Shown: positions 12,623 to 26,345 of the stretch, in pieces
How the letters are laid out: each line of letters opens with the position of its first letter
Position numbering within the stretch: the first letter of the stretch is position 1
Assembly (NCBI GenBank): GCA_024137785.1
Contig: JAHRHZ010000099.1
Coordinates: 1,131,262-1,195,261, forward strand
Direction: 5' to 3'
Source: Ginglymostoma cirratum
Taxonomy: Eukaryota
DNA length: 64,000 nt
Notes under the pieces: generated by a model
Seen by the model: only the letters and a program-made list of their open reading frames with translations
What the model was told of the DNA's origin: nothing
The model's database searches: none
Made by a program: the position numbers and the translations under genes

Positions 12623-14961
12623 TAATAGAATAAACCAATAAATAGACAGTGGAAATCATTTAACAATGCAATTCTAAATAATTGTTCTGTGATTCCAAAA
12701 TATTTAACAAAAATATATTCTACTGGAAAACAAAGTCTCAGCAAGTAAGACCTATCAGTGGTTTATTCAGGATGTTCCGTATAGTATTAAATTTCAAAAG
12801 GCATTCATAATGTTGCAGAACATAATAATAATGAAGACAAATCTCAGTACAAAGTGTGGCTGTGTTTACAATATAAAATGAATCTGATTTCACATAAGTG
12901 GGAGTGGTTCATATTTACAACAACAAATTACACTTTTAACACATTCCAAGCTGCTTAAAAAGTGCACAATCACTAAATTGAACATTGAACCTCAGAAGGA
13001 AAAGAAATTGAGCCACAGAATAGTTGGGTGAAAGCTTGGTCAAAGAACTAGGTCTTAAGGACTATTTTAAAGGAGGTAAAGGAAAGAACGAAAGGTAGAT
13101 GTGAATGTTTAAGGAAGGAAATCGAGAGTTTATGGCTGGCAAAGGCAGCTGAATGCACAGCTGCGGTAGTGTAGTACCATAATTCAAATTGAGGATGCCA
13201 AAATTGGAGGGTGCAGAGTTCTCAAAAGGTTGGAGAGCTGGAAGTGATTACACACGTAGCAAATGGTAGTGCCGTGGAGAGATTTTAAAACAAGAATGAG
13301 GATTTTAAAATTAGGCTATTGTCAGATCGGGAACCATTGCAGGTCAGCAAGTACTGGGGGTAAAGGGGAGTGAGACTTACTACATGTTAAAATATGGGCA
13401 GCAGAGTTTGGATGAACATAGTTTACATGAGGTTGAAAAATGGGAACCGGTCCAAGGGGCCTCTAGAACAGATTAGTAGTAGGAAAGACACAGGTGAAGG
13501 CAATGTCAGCATGAGGCAAAGTTACCGTGTCAAAAATAGACATTCATGGAGAGAGAGGTGAATCTGGAAGCTAATACTGAGGAGCAAAACACAACAAAGA
13601 AGACTGCAAGCTATCGGCTTAGCTTCAAATGGTTGTCAGGGAGAAACATGTAAATGATGAGCGGGGAAAACAACTTTGTGGCAGTGACAATAACTTCAGT
13701 GTACTAATATTTAGGTCAGGACGGATCCTGCACACCAATACTGGATATTGGATGTGCGTATTGTCAAAGACAGTGGAGGTGTCAAGCATGGTAGTAGTGG
13801 TATAGAGCTAAGTGTCATCAACAGCTCAGTGGAAAATGATCAATTTTCAGATGTTGTTACTGAGGAACACTGTAGCATGGGAACAAGAGGGCCCAAGGAT
13901 AGATCCTTGATAGACTCTAGAGGTAGTTGTGTGAGAGTGGAAAGAGAAGCCATTATAAGGGAAATATCATTTGATAGGGCACATCAAAGCTATCCTGTGG
14001 AATAATGGCAACTCTAGATCATATCATTTCTTGATCAATATCATGCAAACAATTGAAAAGATGTAAGACCATCAGTTTTGCTCCTTAAATATGCACGGTC
14101 TATCTCATTTTACCCTGGAAGGCTAAGATATCACAAATGTTTGAGCAACATGTGAAGTTAGCTGTATTTTATTGCTGCAATGCAGTACCAACATGAGTGA
14201 TGTTCATCACTAACAGGATACTGCTGCTAAGCTAAAAAGATGCTCTGTCTATCTCACAAATGAGTAATGTGATGGATGAATTTCAACACTTATGTAATGC
14301 TGGGTACACCGCACATCCCAAAGACAGGCAAATCATATCAAATATAAGCCGACAAGCATCTCCCTTACAAAACACGCAACAGTGACCAACATTAGATGTG
14401 ATTCTGCAATTGGACAATAATCCTGAGTGTGCAAAGAATTGTACTGACAACAAATTTAAGATTGTGCAGTGCACTTGCACATATTGGAAGCTACATGCCT
14501 TAATATACAGAGCCCAGTCCGTTATAGATAGAAAGAAAATGTACACACATAGTGCCTGTTTCAAATCAACAATATGGATGAGAGACATACACCAGTTTGT
14601 TTCTAAAGTAATGTTCTGACCAATCAAAGGCAACCTCCCTGGTTTAAAACTTGAATAAATCTTGGAGATTTTCTGTCATTCATCATTAACTAGTGCATTC
14701 TCCATGACAATGCCCCTAGCGATAACAGTCCACTTGCCAACCAAATAGCACTCTCCTCTAATATGATATAAATGTTGTTTTATTTTTACTTTGGTATTTC
14801 TTGCAAACTGTCTTGATGAATGCAAAATCAAAAGTTTCAGTAAAATACGTTTTTTTCAGCTATATTCATGTAACATTTGTTTCGATAGCAAGTGTGCAGT
14901 TACTATTTCAATGTATGTATGCAAATAACTATTCATATTCTATAAATGATAAGCATTAACT

Positions 14962-15122
14962 GAAACTGCTGGAAAACCCTCAACAGGTCAGAACTGTTCT
15001 GAAGAAGCGTCACTGGATCTGAAACATTAACCCTGCTTTCTCTCCACATATGCTGCCAGACCTGCTAAGTTTCTCAAACAATTTTTACTTTTGTATCTGA
15101 TTTCCAGCATCCGCAGTTCTTT
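14962..15122. mobile_element. Third Penelope-type repeat family (also about 26410-26530, 28600-28700, 29715-29895, 34240-34375, 46210-46295, 50670-50810, 56510-56670)
   Basis: ctgaagaag...gaaac(g/a)ttaac core plus gatgctgccagacctgctgag, often present as fold-back pairs. Confidence 0.6.
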
Positions 15123-17106
15123 GGGGGTTTTTTTCTACAAATGAAAGACGATTTGGCCACTTCACCTTGATTGTGGTCTGCCTTACAGGAACATAGTGGT
15201 CTGCCTTACAGAATAAGGGTTCGTCTTGTTCGAGGAAAAGTAGAAGCCGATTCTAATAAAATCTTCCCTATTTAACTCCTAGAGCCCCAGTAACAAGGAA
15301 TATTCAAAGATTATGTGTTATGGGACTGTACAATCTGAAAGCTTACCTTCCAGGCTATTTCTGCAGTCCCCAGTTTGGGTAATCAGATAGAGGAATAGTC
15401 ACCATGTCAATTGCTAATCAGTGGTATTTACGGGGTCCCCTTTACTGCCCCTTGTTGCATCAACTCACAAGACAAACCTCAGCACCAATTCAACTGCACT
15501 ATCAATGATCCAGAATGTGGAACAAGTTCCTTTTGTCTCCATCAATTGGCTGGGAATTTCTTCCACCCATTCCACTCATACAGTAGGACATCATCACTCA
15601 GCCATCTACCCTTTGCTAACTTAAAACAATTGCTAGGTGGCCAAAGGAAATTACACCATTCTGGCAAGCATGTTTACCATGCTACAGAGTGATTCTACTG
15701 AATCAATCAAATGTGCCTGTCTCAAATCTGCACTGTCCCTTAATGGATGCTAAACAGGCATTCAGACTGCGTGATTGACCCATGAACCGATATAAGCTTC
15801 TGACATTGGCTTGTGATATTGAATAAAGAGTATCAAGTTTTCTGTACTACAGCAGAGAGGAGTGGGTGGGGTGAGGACACTTGCAGAGAAACAGTCAGAT
15901 TGGCAGTAAACCTATGTGGAACCCAGGCACGACAGCAACATGATTCAAAGGAGAAGTGAGAGCAGAGAGGTCCCAGAAGCAGATTGAAGTGTAATGTTAC
16001 AGGAGAGCGGCTAAACTGGTGAATATTTCTCTCTTGCTTCCGGTGCCTGGATATCGATTTAAGTTACAGCGGTAAGCACAGCTTAAAAACTTTACATCAA
16101 TAATTAATATTTTAGAACTTCAAAATTAAATTTCTTCATTTGATAGATTGTATGATGTAAATAATGATACAATATTTCCAATCTATCCTTAAGTCGCAGT
16201 AAGAGTGAAATAAAAGCAAGGGTTCTTATTCTGTTTTGTTAAAGTATTGTGGGGACCTCAGCCCTGTAATTTCCTGACAAAGTGATAACCTGGTGAGGAA
16301 GATATGTGTAAACTGCAGGGAGAAATCAGTGGACAGGTCAGGTGGGCAGAGCAATAACAAACTAAATTCAATCTGGAAAAATGTGAAGGCAATGCATCTG
16401 GGGAGAGCAATCAAGGTAAGACATTGCACTATGAATGGTAGGAACCTGGAAAGTCATGAGAATCAGAGAGACCTTAATGTGCACAGATACCTGAAGATAG
16501 CAGGGCAGGTAAATAAGTTGGTTAAGAAGGCACGTGGGATACTTGCCTTTATTGGCTCAGGCAGAGAATACAGCAACAGGGAGGTTATGTTGGAACTATA
16601 TAAAGCACTGGTTAGGTTGAGAACCATATGCTGTTCTGGTAACCACATTATAGGAAACATAGAAATTAGGAGCAGGAGTAGGCTATTCAGCCCTTCAAGT
16701 CTGCTCCACCATTCAATGTGACCATGGCTGTCATCTATCTCAATGCCAGACTCCTACTTTCTCCTTCACGCCTGTAAAATCTAAAAATGGATCTAAATCT
16801 TTCTTGAATATACTTAGTAATTTGGCCTCGACAGCCAACTGGGGTAGAGAATTCAATAGGATTACTGTATTTTGAGTGAAAAAAATCTTTCCTCACCTCC
16901 GTTCTATATGATCTACCCAGTATCCTGAGAATGTGTCCCTTGGTTCTAACTCCCTAACATGGGAAAACACCCTCCCTGCATCTGTCTAGCCTTGGCATTT
17001 ATTGGAATTTTATACATTTCAATCAGTTCTCCTCTCATCTTTCTCAACTCTCGTGAATACTGGCCCCTTCAAACCAATCTGTTGTCTCAGCACAGCCCTA
17101 CCATAG

Positions 17107-17225
17107 GAGCAGCATGGTGACTCAGTGGAAAGCACTGCACCCTCACAGCACAAGGGACTTGGCTTTGTTTTCACACTTGGGTGACTATCTGCGTGGAGTT
17201 TGCACATTCTCCCCACGTCTGTGTG
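17107..17225 (+). mobile_element. HE1-like SINE 5' fragment
   Basis: Degenerate tRNA-like head plus ggagtttgcacattctcccc. Confidence 0.65.
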
Positions 17226-18457
17226 CTCTGGTTTCTGACTTTATGTTTCTTATCTGTAATGCTGAGTCCACTGTTTTTGCTATTTATATAAATGAACTGG
17301 ATTGAATAAATGAGGTATGGTTAATGAGTTTCCACATGACACCAAAATTGGTGTTATAGTGGACAGTGAAGAAAGTTATCTCAGAGTACAACCGGACCTT
17401 GATCAGATTGGTTGATGGACTGAGGAGTGGCAGATGGAGTTTAATTTAGATAAATGTGAGGTGTTGCATTTTGGTAAGGTCAGGGCATGACTTAAACACG
17501 TAACATAAGGTCCTGGGGACTGTTGCTGAACAAAGAGACTTTGGGGTACAACTTCATAGTTCCTTGAAGGTGGAGTCACAGCAGACAGAGTAGTGAAGAA
17601 GGTATTTGGTATACTTGCCTTTATTGGTCAGTGTATTGAGTGTAGGAGTTGGGATGTCACGTTACAGCTGTACAGAACTTTATTGAGGCTATATTTGGAA
17701 CACTATATTCAATTCTGGTCTCCCTGCTATAGGAAAGATGTTGTTAAACTTGGAAGGGTGCACAAAAGATTTACAAGGATGTTTCTGGGCTTGTAGGGTT
17801 TGAGCTATATGAAGAAGTTGAATAGGTTGGAGCTATTTTCCCTGGAGCATTGGAGGTTGATGGGTGACCTTATTGAGGTTTATAAAATCATGAGCGGTAT
17901 GTATAGGTGACTACCCAAGGCCTTTTTCCCAGGGTAGGGGGCTACAAAACCAGAGGGGCATAGGTGTAGGGTGAGAGGAGAAAGATATTAAAGGGACCTA
18001 AGGGGCAGAGGGTGGTCTATGTATGGAATGAGCTGCCAGAGGTAGTGGTGGAGGGTGGTACAATTAAACATTTAAAAGGCATCTGGATATGTATATGAAT
18101 AGGAGGTGTTTAGAGGGATATGAGCAAAATGCTAACAAATGGGACTAGATTAATTTAGGATATCTGGTCAGCGTGGATGCGATGGACCAAAGGGCTTGTT
18201 TCCATGCTGTACAGCTCTATGACTCTTTAACCAATTCACCATGCATGCCAATATATTACCCACTGTCTGATTTGCTTTAATTTTGCCAACTAACGTCTTA
18301 TGAGGGAAGCCTTTTGAAAGTTCAAACACACCACATCGATCTTCACTGTTCTACCAGTAACAGCCTCAAAATAAAAGCTGCAGTAGATTTGTTAAACGTG
18401 ATTTGCCTTTCAAAACCCCACACTAGCTTTGTGCAGTTCCATCAATATTTTCGGTCT

Positions 18458-18756
18458 TTGATTCAGAGGCTAATGGAGCTTTCATGTGTTTCCAACATTT
18501 TCTGTTCAAACTGTTTCCTTTGAAAATCCATGAGGTATTAAAACCATTCACACACGAGTCGTTCAGATAAAAGAACTGCCGAACACTTCGGGAAACTTGA
18601 TTCAGTGGGAGGGCTTTACTTTTTTTAGAAAGTACATTTGATTGATTAATTTTTAGTGTCAGATGCTGAAGATTAGACAAATGTATAACTTTCACTTTGC
18701 TCAGTGACGCTGACTAGCCGCTGTTTCACACTCCTCACCTTTCTCATGACCTTACA
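18458..18756 (+). repeat. Direct duplicate of the upstream region of locus A (copy of 20745-21045)
   Basis: About 300 bp with long shared runs (cagaggctaatggagctttc; cagataaaagaactgccgaac; cagatgctgaagattagacaaatgtataactttcac; ttctcatgaccttaca). Confidence 0.9.
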
Positions 18757-21029
18757 TCTTTTTATAGTAAACTCTAGCATTCCCCACTCCTGACATTAGG
18801 CTCACTGCTGTATAATTTTTTTTCTTCCTTTTTCTAATAGTTGGATTATATCTGTCACCCTCCAATCTGTGCTGGCACTAGAGAGGAATGCAGAGGAGAG
18901 TTTTTACCAGGATGATGCTTGGGCTGAGGTATGAGGAAAGATTGGATAGGCTGAGTTTGTTTTTCTGGAGCAGTGAAGGTTCAGACGGGGATTTCATAAA
19001 GGTGTGTACGTATATGAGGGGATAGTTGGCATAGGAAGGAACTTTTTTCATAGTGGGCAGTCAAAAGTCAGTGGGCTTATACTTCAATTCAGAGGTAGAG
19101 GCTAAAAGAAAGTTGAGATTTTTTTTTCACCCAGAGACTCTGGAACTGACTGCCTGAAAGAGTCAGAAACTCTTGTAATGTTTCAGCAGTATTCAGATGT
19201 GACTTGTATTGTCATTGCCTACAGGGGTATTAGACCAAGGGCATGGGATTGGTGCAGCCAAATTTTAGTTGACTGGCACAGATAACAACATAATATAGAT
19301 AAGGCAGGTGTTTTTCCCCTAGGGTGAGGGATTTCAAGACTAGAAGGCACGTTTTTAAGGTGGGAGGAAAAAGATTTTAAAAAGACAGGGGCGGTAATTT
19401 TTTTACATGGAGCGGCTGGTGTATGGAATGAACTTCTAGAGGAAGTAGTGGATGCAGGTTTAAAAGACGTTTAGATAAGTGCGTGAATAGGAAATGCTTG
19501 GAGGGATATGGGCCAAGCACAGGCAGGTGGGACTAGTTTAGTTTGAAATTATGATGGACTGGTTGGAGCAAAAGGTCTGTTTCCATGTTGTATGACTCTA
19601 TAGTCCCATACCCCTCTCCTTCTGTGCTATGAATTATTCACCGCAATTCAGCCGGCGGAGCAATGTTATTCAGATGGGAGTACCCTTTGGACATGCGGAG
19701 TGACAAAGGTTTCCATTTATCAGAGGTGAATTTCTGGGGTTTTCAAAAAGTCAAAAAAAATGTACATTACACCCCAGCCACGAGGATCCAGCATTATCAA
19801 GAGGTAGCAATAGACCATAGAACCAAACTGAAAACATTTATGTGAAGAAAATCCTACTAAATCGGCCTATATAGTCCCACGTGGCTATGGGATCACCCCT
19901 TGCATCAATCACCAAGATGATATCAGGTAAATTTGAGATGATTGATATATACTCCAGGTCTTCTGCTAACTCCACACTCTATGATGTCAGAAGTTACACA
20001 GCACCAGGTTATGGTCCAACAGGTTTATTTGAAATCACAAGCTTTCTGAGCGCTGCTCCTTTGTCGGGTGGCGAAGAGGTTTATGATTTCAACTATAACC
20101 TGGTGTCGTGTGACTTCTGACTTTGTCCACACCTGTCCAACACCGGCACCTCCACATCACATTCTATGATAACACTGATTTTCCGGGCAACAATGGGGCA
20201 GTTGTGGTTTCACAAAATGATCGATCGCATGCAGAGAACTACCTGATGTGTGGCTAGTGAGCTGGACAAGTCTGTTGCAAAGTGTTACATTTCTGTTTTT
20301 TTTATAAATCTAGGCCTGAATAAGGATCAATTACTTGAGACGCTTACTCCGTTTCTGGCGCTGCTGGGGCTGCTGTGTATTTCCAACCCGTTCTGCCCCT
20401 ATCTCAGATTTCAGACCCCGCAGTATTTTCCTTTTGGAACAAACATTACATGCCAAGTATAAACTACACCTCACATATGAACCCCGATCTTTCCTATCAA
20501 CCCCAGAAATCCTTCACTTTTTTATTCACAGGTCCTGATGTCAACTGTATGCAAACGTGGAGCTACGTTTTCAAACTGAAATTCGCCTTTTTGAAGTACG
20601 ATGGTTTTGGATTTACACTATCCACATCACCATCTTATTCCAGCCATTTCTAAATCTATTTTTGATTGTTGGCGTTCTCTCAGTTTTAATCACAATGGTC
20701 TGAATATCACTTCCCCTGTTCTCAGTCCAAATATTAGTCTGTCCTTGATCCAGAGGCTAATGGAGCTTTCGTGTATTTCCAACATTTTTTGTCCAAACTG
20801 TTCCCTTTGAAAATCCACGAGGTATTAAAGCCATTCACACACTAGTCATTTCAGATAAAAGAACTGCCGAACGCTTCGGGAAAGTTGATTTAGTGTGAGG
20901 GCTTTAAGATCTTAAAAAAATACATTTGTTTGATTCATTTTCGCGCCAGATGCTGAAGATTAGACAAATGTATAACTTTCACCCTGTGCTCAGTGACACT
21001 GATGAGCTACTCATTCATACCCCTCGCCC

Positions 21030-21243
21030 TTCTCATGACCTTACACGAGTCCCGCTGCCCCAGGATACTGGCTCAAACTAACTCTCCAGATGGTCTCCCT
21101 TCAAACACGGTAGATCATTCTTCATTCAGAGAAACGCTTTTTCGCCATTGTGCCTCTCACAGCAGCGATTGGCTCCTGAGTGTGGGAAACGCAGAGAAAC
21201 CCGGGCTCACGCTCACTTCCCTGCCCTCTTGGAGCTATAAATA
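21030..21243 (+). promoter_or_regulatory. HES5-type promoter cassette, copy A
   Basis: TTCTCATG 21030, CAGATG 21087, CATTGT, GATTGG (reverse CCAAT), TGTGGGAA 21181-88 + 15 bp + GGCTCACG 21204-11, TATAAATA 21236-43. Confidence 0.85.
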
Positions 21244-21993
21244 CAGGAGATGTTGATCAGAAACGCAGCAAACAGCAGAGACCGCGTCTTAGTTCACTAC
21301 CAGCTTCAAGAATGCGTCGACTTATTTACAAAACCATACCAATTGCAAGACGAGAAAACATCTCAGCTAAGGTGGGGTTACATTGACCAGAGATCGAGAT
21401 AGGCGCGAATTGTCTGATAGTAAATCCGTCTTTCATTTGCTAAAACGTTTCCTCGCTATTTTTTTCAGCTGTTAAAAGCAGCACTGCAGAGATTGCACTG
21501 GCTAAATTCAGAAGTTTAGATGTCACTGCGTTGAAAAGGAAAGATTACTACCCGAAACGGAATCGGTAACAAGTCTCGGGTAAGGCATCGAATTCCTCAC
21601 ACGCTGTAGACTGCAGATGATGTCAATAATTTTTATTTTGCTTGCCTAATCAACGTTCTGTAACGTACAGTTTTATCTCCGTGTGTCTTAGTTCGTGTTC
21701 CCCCACTGATTGGACACCAGAACAATCGCAGACCCGCTGTCAACTCGAAACACTGAGATGCAAATTAAGAAGAAAATCCCCAGCCGATTGAACCGAGGTT
21801 CAGATCTGTATTTCTCGGCTTGTCAGGCCCGGCCAAGCAAAACTTCTCGGCCCAGCACCGCTGAAACACCTGGACAACATTTTATATGACTCAGGAAGTG
21901 AGAGTTGCACGGTAGAGATACTGAAGGTTTATTCTCCGGTGTTAGACAGTATTCCACAATGGAAGTACCATTGTAAATACCTTCACATTGAAG
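21236..21993 (+). pseudogene. HES5-derived locus A (pseudogene or lncRNA): ATG 21312, exon 1 ends 21371, exon 2 21469-21579, exon 3 from 21692
   Basis: Same promoter and three-exon layout with about 100 bp GT-AG introns as the coding gene. Spliced frame MRRLIYKTIPIARRENISAK-LLKAALQRLHWLNSEV* stops at 21517-19. No WRPW found. 3' region aligns with the HES5 3'UTR. Confidence 0.75.
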
Positions 21994-24249
21994 CAGTTGG
22001 ATGCTTTTTTAGCGTCTAGTCCTCAATCGAGCGACGTCATAGTCCACGACCCGTTTTCGACAATCTTCCCTTAATAATCTCTCTGGTATTGTAATAGCTG
22101 TGGAATTATGCAGCAGAAACCCCCTGTTGAAGTGTGACAGGAAACAGAGAGTAGTTTATTCCGATGAACAGTTTGTGTCTTTTGTAGAAGTCTAGATTCA
22201 TTCACGGAGCACTTTATTCGGATAAGTATGAAGTAGAGAGTTTCTGGACCCCCTGACGTTTCGATTCCTCTCAGCGTCATGAAGGTTCATTGTAAAGATT
22301 GCAGTTCTACGTGAAGTCGCTGTAATCATACCGCTGTGGTATTGAAGGGTTAATAAGAATATTGTATTAAGTGCAGAAAAGCGACTTCAGATTGAAAGAG
22401 GTGGACAGTTTGTGAGGGCTATTTTTCATCCTCCTGTAACATCTCAATAGGTGACCGTTGCTGGCGGAATTGTTGAACTACTAGGGGGCGAGGTCTCGCG
22501 GAATTGATGTGCAGTGCCTGAAGCGAGTCGGAGATGGAAAGTCAACTAACCCTTTTATTAGTCTGGGAAAGTTTTACACAATAACACGTCTGTGTAAATG
22601 ATAAAGCTCCTTATTATAAAATAGATATTGTAAAACCTAAGACCGCAAAGTATTAGAACGGGGGTTATAAAATTACTTTGTGGAGGTGACTGTTGCCCTG
22701 TATCAGGGACGATGTTGTTGAAGCCGAGCGGTTCTTCTTTGTAAAAAAAACTAATAGTAGGTATTTGGAGCTCTTAAAGCTTCCAACCTGTTCAACATTC
22801 TGCGAATGACCCGAAAGGTATAAAATTTTATTGAAAACTTGTTAAAGTACACTCAACATGAACAAGAATAAAGTTAGGCGTACTATTTCGGGATGCGGAT
22901 TGTAGAGCAAGAGAACATAGGTTAAAAACTGATATAAAGACTGATCAGCTCTTGGATGGGCTTGAATTGGAGATGAGGGGGCTCAGTGGGAGAAGAAGTG
23001 ATAGGGGAATGTGAATCACTTAAATAGTTCTGGATGGACGAGCTCAGAGCAGCTGCTTCGGTTTTCTCGTCGGTATCTATTTTGTGATGGTGGTTAACTG
23101 AAAGGACTTAAAAGTTAAGCTAATGATGAATGATCTACATTCAGTGACATTGGGAAATTGTGATTTACAGCTCGACACTGCATTGTTGCTGTATCCTAGA
23201 AAATACATTTCAGACTACAGCATATGTAAATATGCTGGACATTAATACAAACTTCCAATAAAGTTATTTTAAGCTACTGCTGCATGGCGTGGTTTGTATG
23301 CATGATGCGTCGATTTACTGAGTACACTGCATTGTATTCGCGTTCATTCTGTGTACCCTCCCTTGGAAAAATATGTTGTGTATCGCTTTAGAATTCAATG
23401 GTATTTTTAAAATTGATTACAGAAGAATAGCATTTTTTTTCTGGTGTAGTTCGGCTCACACGCCCGTCCCGCGACTAAACGTGCAATTTGAACATTAATA
23501 ATATCGCGAACTGTTGAAAATCGATGGCAGTATATCATATTTAGCTAAAATAATAAACCGTCGATATTCACATGGGTTTAATTCTATTCTTTCATCACAT
23601 CCATATTGTGGCTTCAGCAAAGCATTGGAAGCCAGGCCCCTGCAGTGTCATTCTGAAATGGACGGTGCATGTATTACCCTCCTAAAATATACAGAGAGGG
23701 GCAAGGCAGGCTTCTGGGGACCCTAGCTCCCTCTGTTATTGGCACCATTACGTCCAATGTGTTGCCCTGATTGAATGTGGGAATTGCAGTGTCCTAATAT
23801 AGAAAGTAAATGAAAGCAAGCACCCATGATCGACTCCTTTCAGCTTTCCAGAGGGAGAAGAAGCTGTACAATTAAGCCTCAACCCCAAAGGGCTTGGAAA
23901 TAAAACATTTTGACATTTCCCAATGAAAGAGTTAAGTAGCCCCCATCAAATCTGATCGCATGGCCATCATTTACATTGTCTCCTTTACATTCTGAGAAAA
24001 GGACACTCTATTTCAGGACACCGGGAAGCTCAGAAGAAATTTGAGGTTTTTGATCACAATTCCCCGAAGGTGGCAGGAGAGGATAGTTAAGAAGGCATGA
24101 GGGACATACCTTTATCAGTGGAGAATAGATTATGAGAGCAGGCGGTTATGTTGGAGCTGTACAGAACTTTGGTTACAGCAGGTGTTGTTTGCAGAGGCGG
24201 GTGGGTGGGATGCTGGGGATTTTGTGTATATCTTCTGCTGTTTGCAGAT

Positions 24250-24960
24250 GGTCTCTATCTAGGCCTGTCAGCGAGGCTCAAGGTGGATGACACTCTCACA
24301 GGTGCTTCTTCACCAGTTGGGATGGTCCGAGGCAAGAGATTCCGACGGGTTGGTAGTGATAGTGATTGTTGTCAGCGAGCTTTTGAGGACCTCCCTGAAG
24401 TGTTTCACCTGTCCTACTGGTAACGACTTGCTGTGACCAAGCTCAGAGTAGAGAGCTTGTTTTGGAGGTCTTGTCTCAAGCCAGGGAATGAACTGGCCCA
24501 CCCAATGCTGCTGATTATCATTAGCCAAATCAGAAGTCACATGACGCCAGGTTATCGTCCAATAGGTTTATTTGAAATCACAAGCTTTCGGAGTGCTGCT
24601 CCTTGGCCAGGTGAAGTGACTTCCTTTGACGAAGAAGCAGCGCTGGGAAAGCTTGTGATTTCAAATAAACCCGTTGGGCTATACCTGATGTTGTGTGACT
24701 TCGGACTTTATCCACTCCAGCCCAACACCAGCACCTCCACATCATGCTGTTAACCAATTTCTTGATCGTAGTGTTGGCCTGACAGAGGACACTGATACTG
24801 AAGTGCCTATCCTGCAACTGAGTTTGTAGAATATTGCAGAGGCATCTCCGGTAACATTTCTCTAGCGGCTTCAGATGTCCAATGTATAGGATCCGTGTTT
24901 TTGTCATGTACAAAAGGGCGGGTAACACTACTGCCCCGTAGACCATGACTTTCATACTAG
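24250..24960 (-). mobile_element. RTE-clade LINE fragment interrupted by a palindromic repeat
   Basis: KVMVYGAVVLPALLY...LEKCYRRCLCNIL and WVGQFI...RPPKQALYSEL motifs. Confidence 0.75.
24530..24750. mobile_element. Second palindromic Penelope-type repeat family (also 19985-20160 and 30690-30810)
   Basis: Inverted arms tttatttgaaatcacaagctttc / gaaagcttgtgatttcaaataaa with a TGACGA...GAAAGCTT core. Confidence 0.6.
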
Positions 24961-25789
24961 CCTTGAGATTTCTGAATGAAGTTTAAACTAAAACATCCTA
25001 GTTTTGTTTGCACTAAATTCCAAAGCATAAAGGACAAGTTTAAAATAAAACATTCTAGTGACTCTATTCCCCAGTGCACCAAAGGTTGTACTGTACACTG
25101 GAGGTTAAACAGCAGAGCAATATTACCTTGAGATGATAGGGGGATTAAGGAGAGAAATTACGAGTTAGTGCGAGTCTGATTGGCACAGAGGTGCAGTGTC
25201 ATTAACTATAGATATGTAACTAACTCTGTCAAAAGATAATTCGATTCTTAATCCTTGGATTTTGACTTCCATTTTGTATGATTTATTTTCTTTATTACTT
25301 TATTTTTTAAAAAAATGTCTTAATTTTTGTGGTGGAATACATGGTAAAATATCTGTCACTTTCGGGCATCGTGCATTCTGGAATAATTATTTGAAAAAAA
25401 ATTGCTTTATGTTAAAAAAAATTAAACCTTTACCTTAAATGCAACTCCGTTATACACGGGAGTCTCTCGGTTAATGTGATTGCTCTTTAAACGGTTGCAA
25501 TTTCTTCCCATTGAATGATTATGTTGTAAATGAGACGGTTATGAGAGACCAATTTGTGAAAGAGAAACATGTATAATTCATACAGAAAATGGCCTTGGGC
25601 TGAAAAGCCCTCTGTTCAATGTGCGGGCGCTGGCGCAAAATGTGTAGGATGTGCTCCCCCTAGAGTTATCGCGCAAATAATTGCAGCGTTGGGATACAGA
25701 GAAGGGGTTGCGGGCGCAAGTGCTGAGCAGATTTGCAGAATTTTCTATTGGCGATACGAACAGTGAATTTTTACGATTGTAAATCAAAA

Positions 25790-26345
25790 GCTATGAGTGA
25801 GGCATTAACCATATTTAAGGAAAGATACACTGGCATTGAAGGCGGTACAGAGAAAGTTCACGAGGCTGATCCCACATATGGAGGGATTGTTTCATGAAAG
25901 AGATTGAGTAGATTGGGCCTGCACTTATAGGAGTTTAAAGGAATCAGAGGTATATTATAGAAACATTCAGATTCTTCAGGGACTTGAGAGGATACATGCA
26001 GAGAGGTTCTCCCTTTCAAGAAGAGTCTGGAACCTAAGGGCATGATATCAGAACAAGAGGTCACCCATTTAAAACAGAGATGAGGAAGTATTTAAGATCT
26101 ATTTAAAACAGAGATGAGGAAGTATTTAAGATCTAGGGGATCTCTGGAATCCTTTACCACAGAGGACTACGGTGGCTGGGTCTTTAAGGATACTCAAAAG
26201 TTGAGATGCCCTCAGGTTCCAGACTCTTCACGAAAGGGAGAACCTCTCTGCATGTATCCTGTCAAGTAACTGAATATTTCTATAATATGCCTCTGATTCT
26301 TCTAAACTCCACTGAATACAGGCCCAATCTACTCTACCTCCTTCA
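25790..26345 (+). mobile_element. CR1 fragment with an internal inverted duplication and a 34-bp tandem duplication
   Basis: About 25905-26043 recurs inverted at about 26206-26335; atttaaaacagagatgaggaagtatttaagatct is repeated at 26067 and 26101. Confidence 0.75.

Larger units (their letters stand above)
16320..19600 (+). mobile_element. Cluster of CR1-like LINE fragments (16330-16640, 16655-17100 reverse, 17270-18225, 18870-19600)
   Basis: GILAFIG..EYRS..V.L.LY..LVR, LEHYIQFWSPCYRKD and WNELPEEVV motifs. Confidence 0.85.

Noticed and set aside
19874-19884. GTCCCACGTGG about 1.3 kb upstream of locus A (and CTCCCACGTGG near 49569) as more composite sites
   Set aside because: Both mismatch the RBPJ core TTCCCAC and show no flanking similarity to the other elements.
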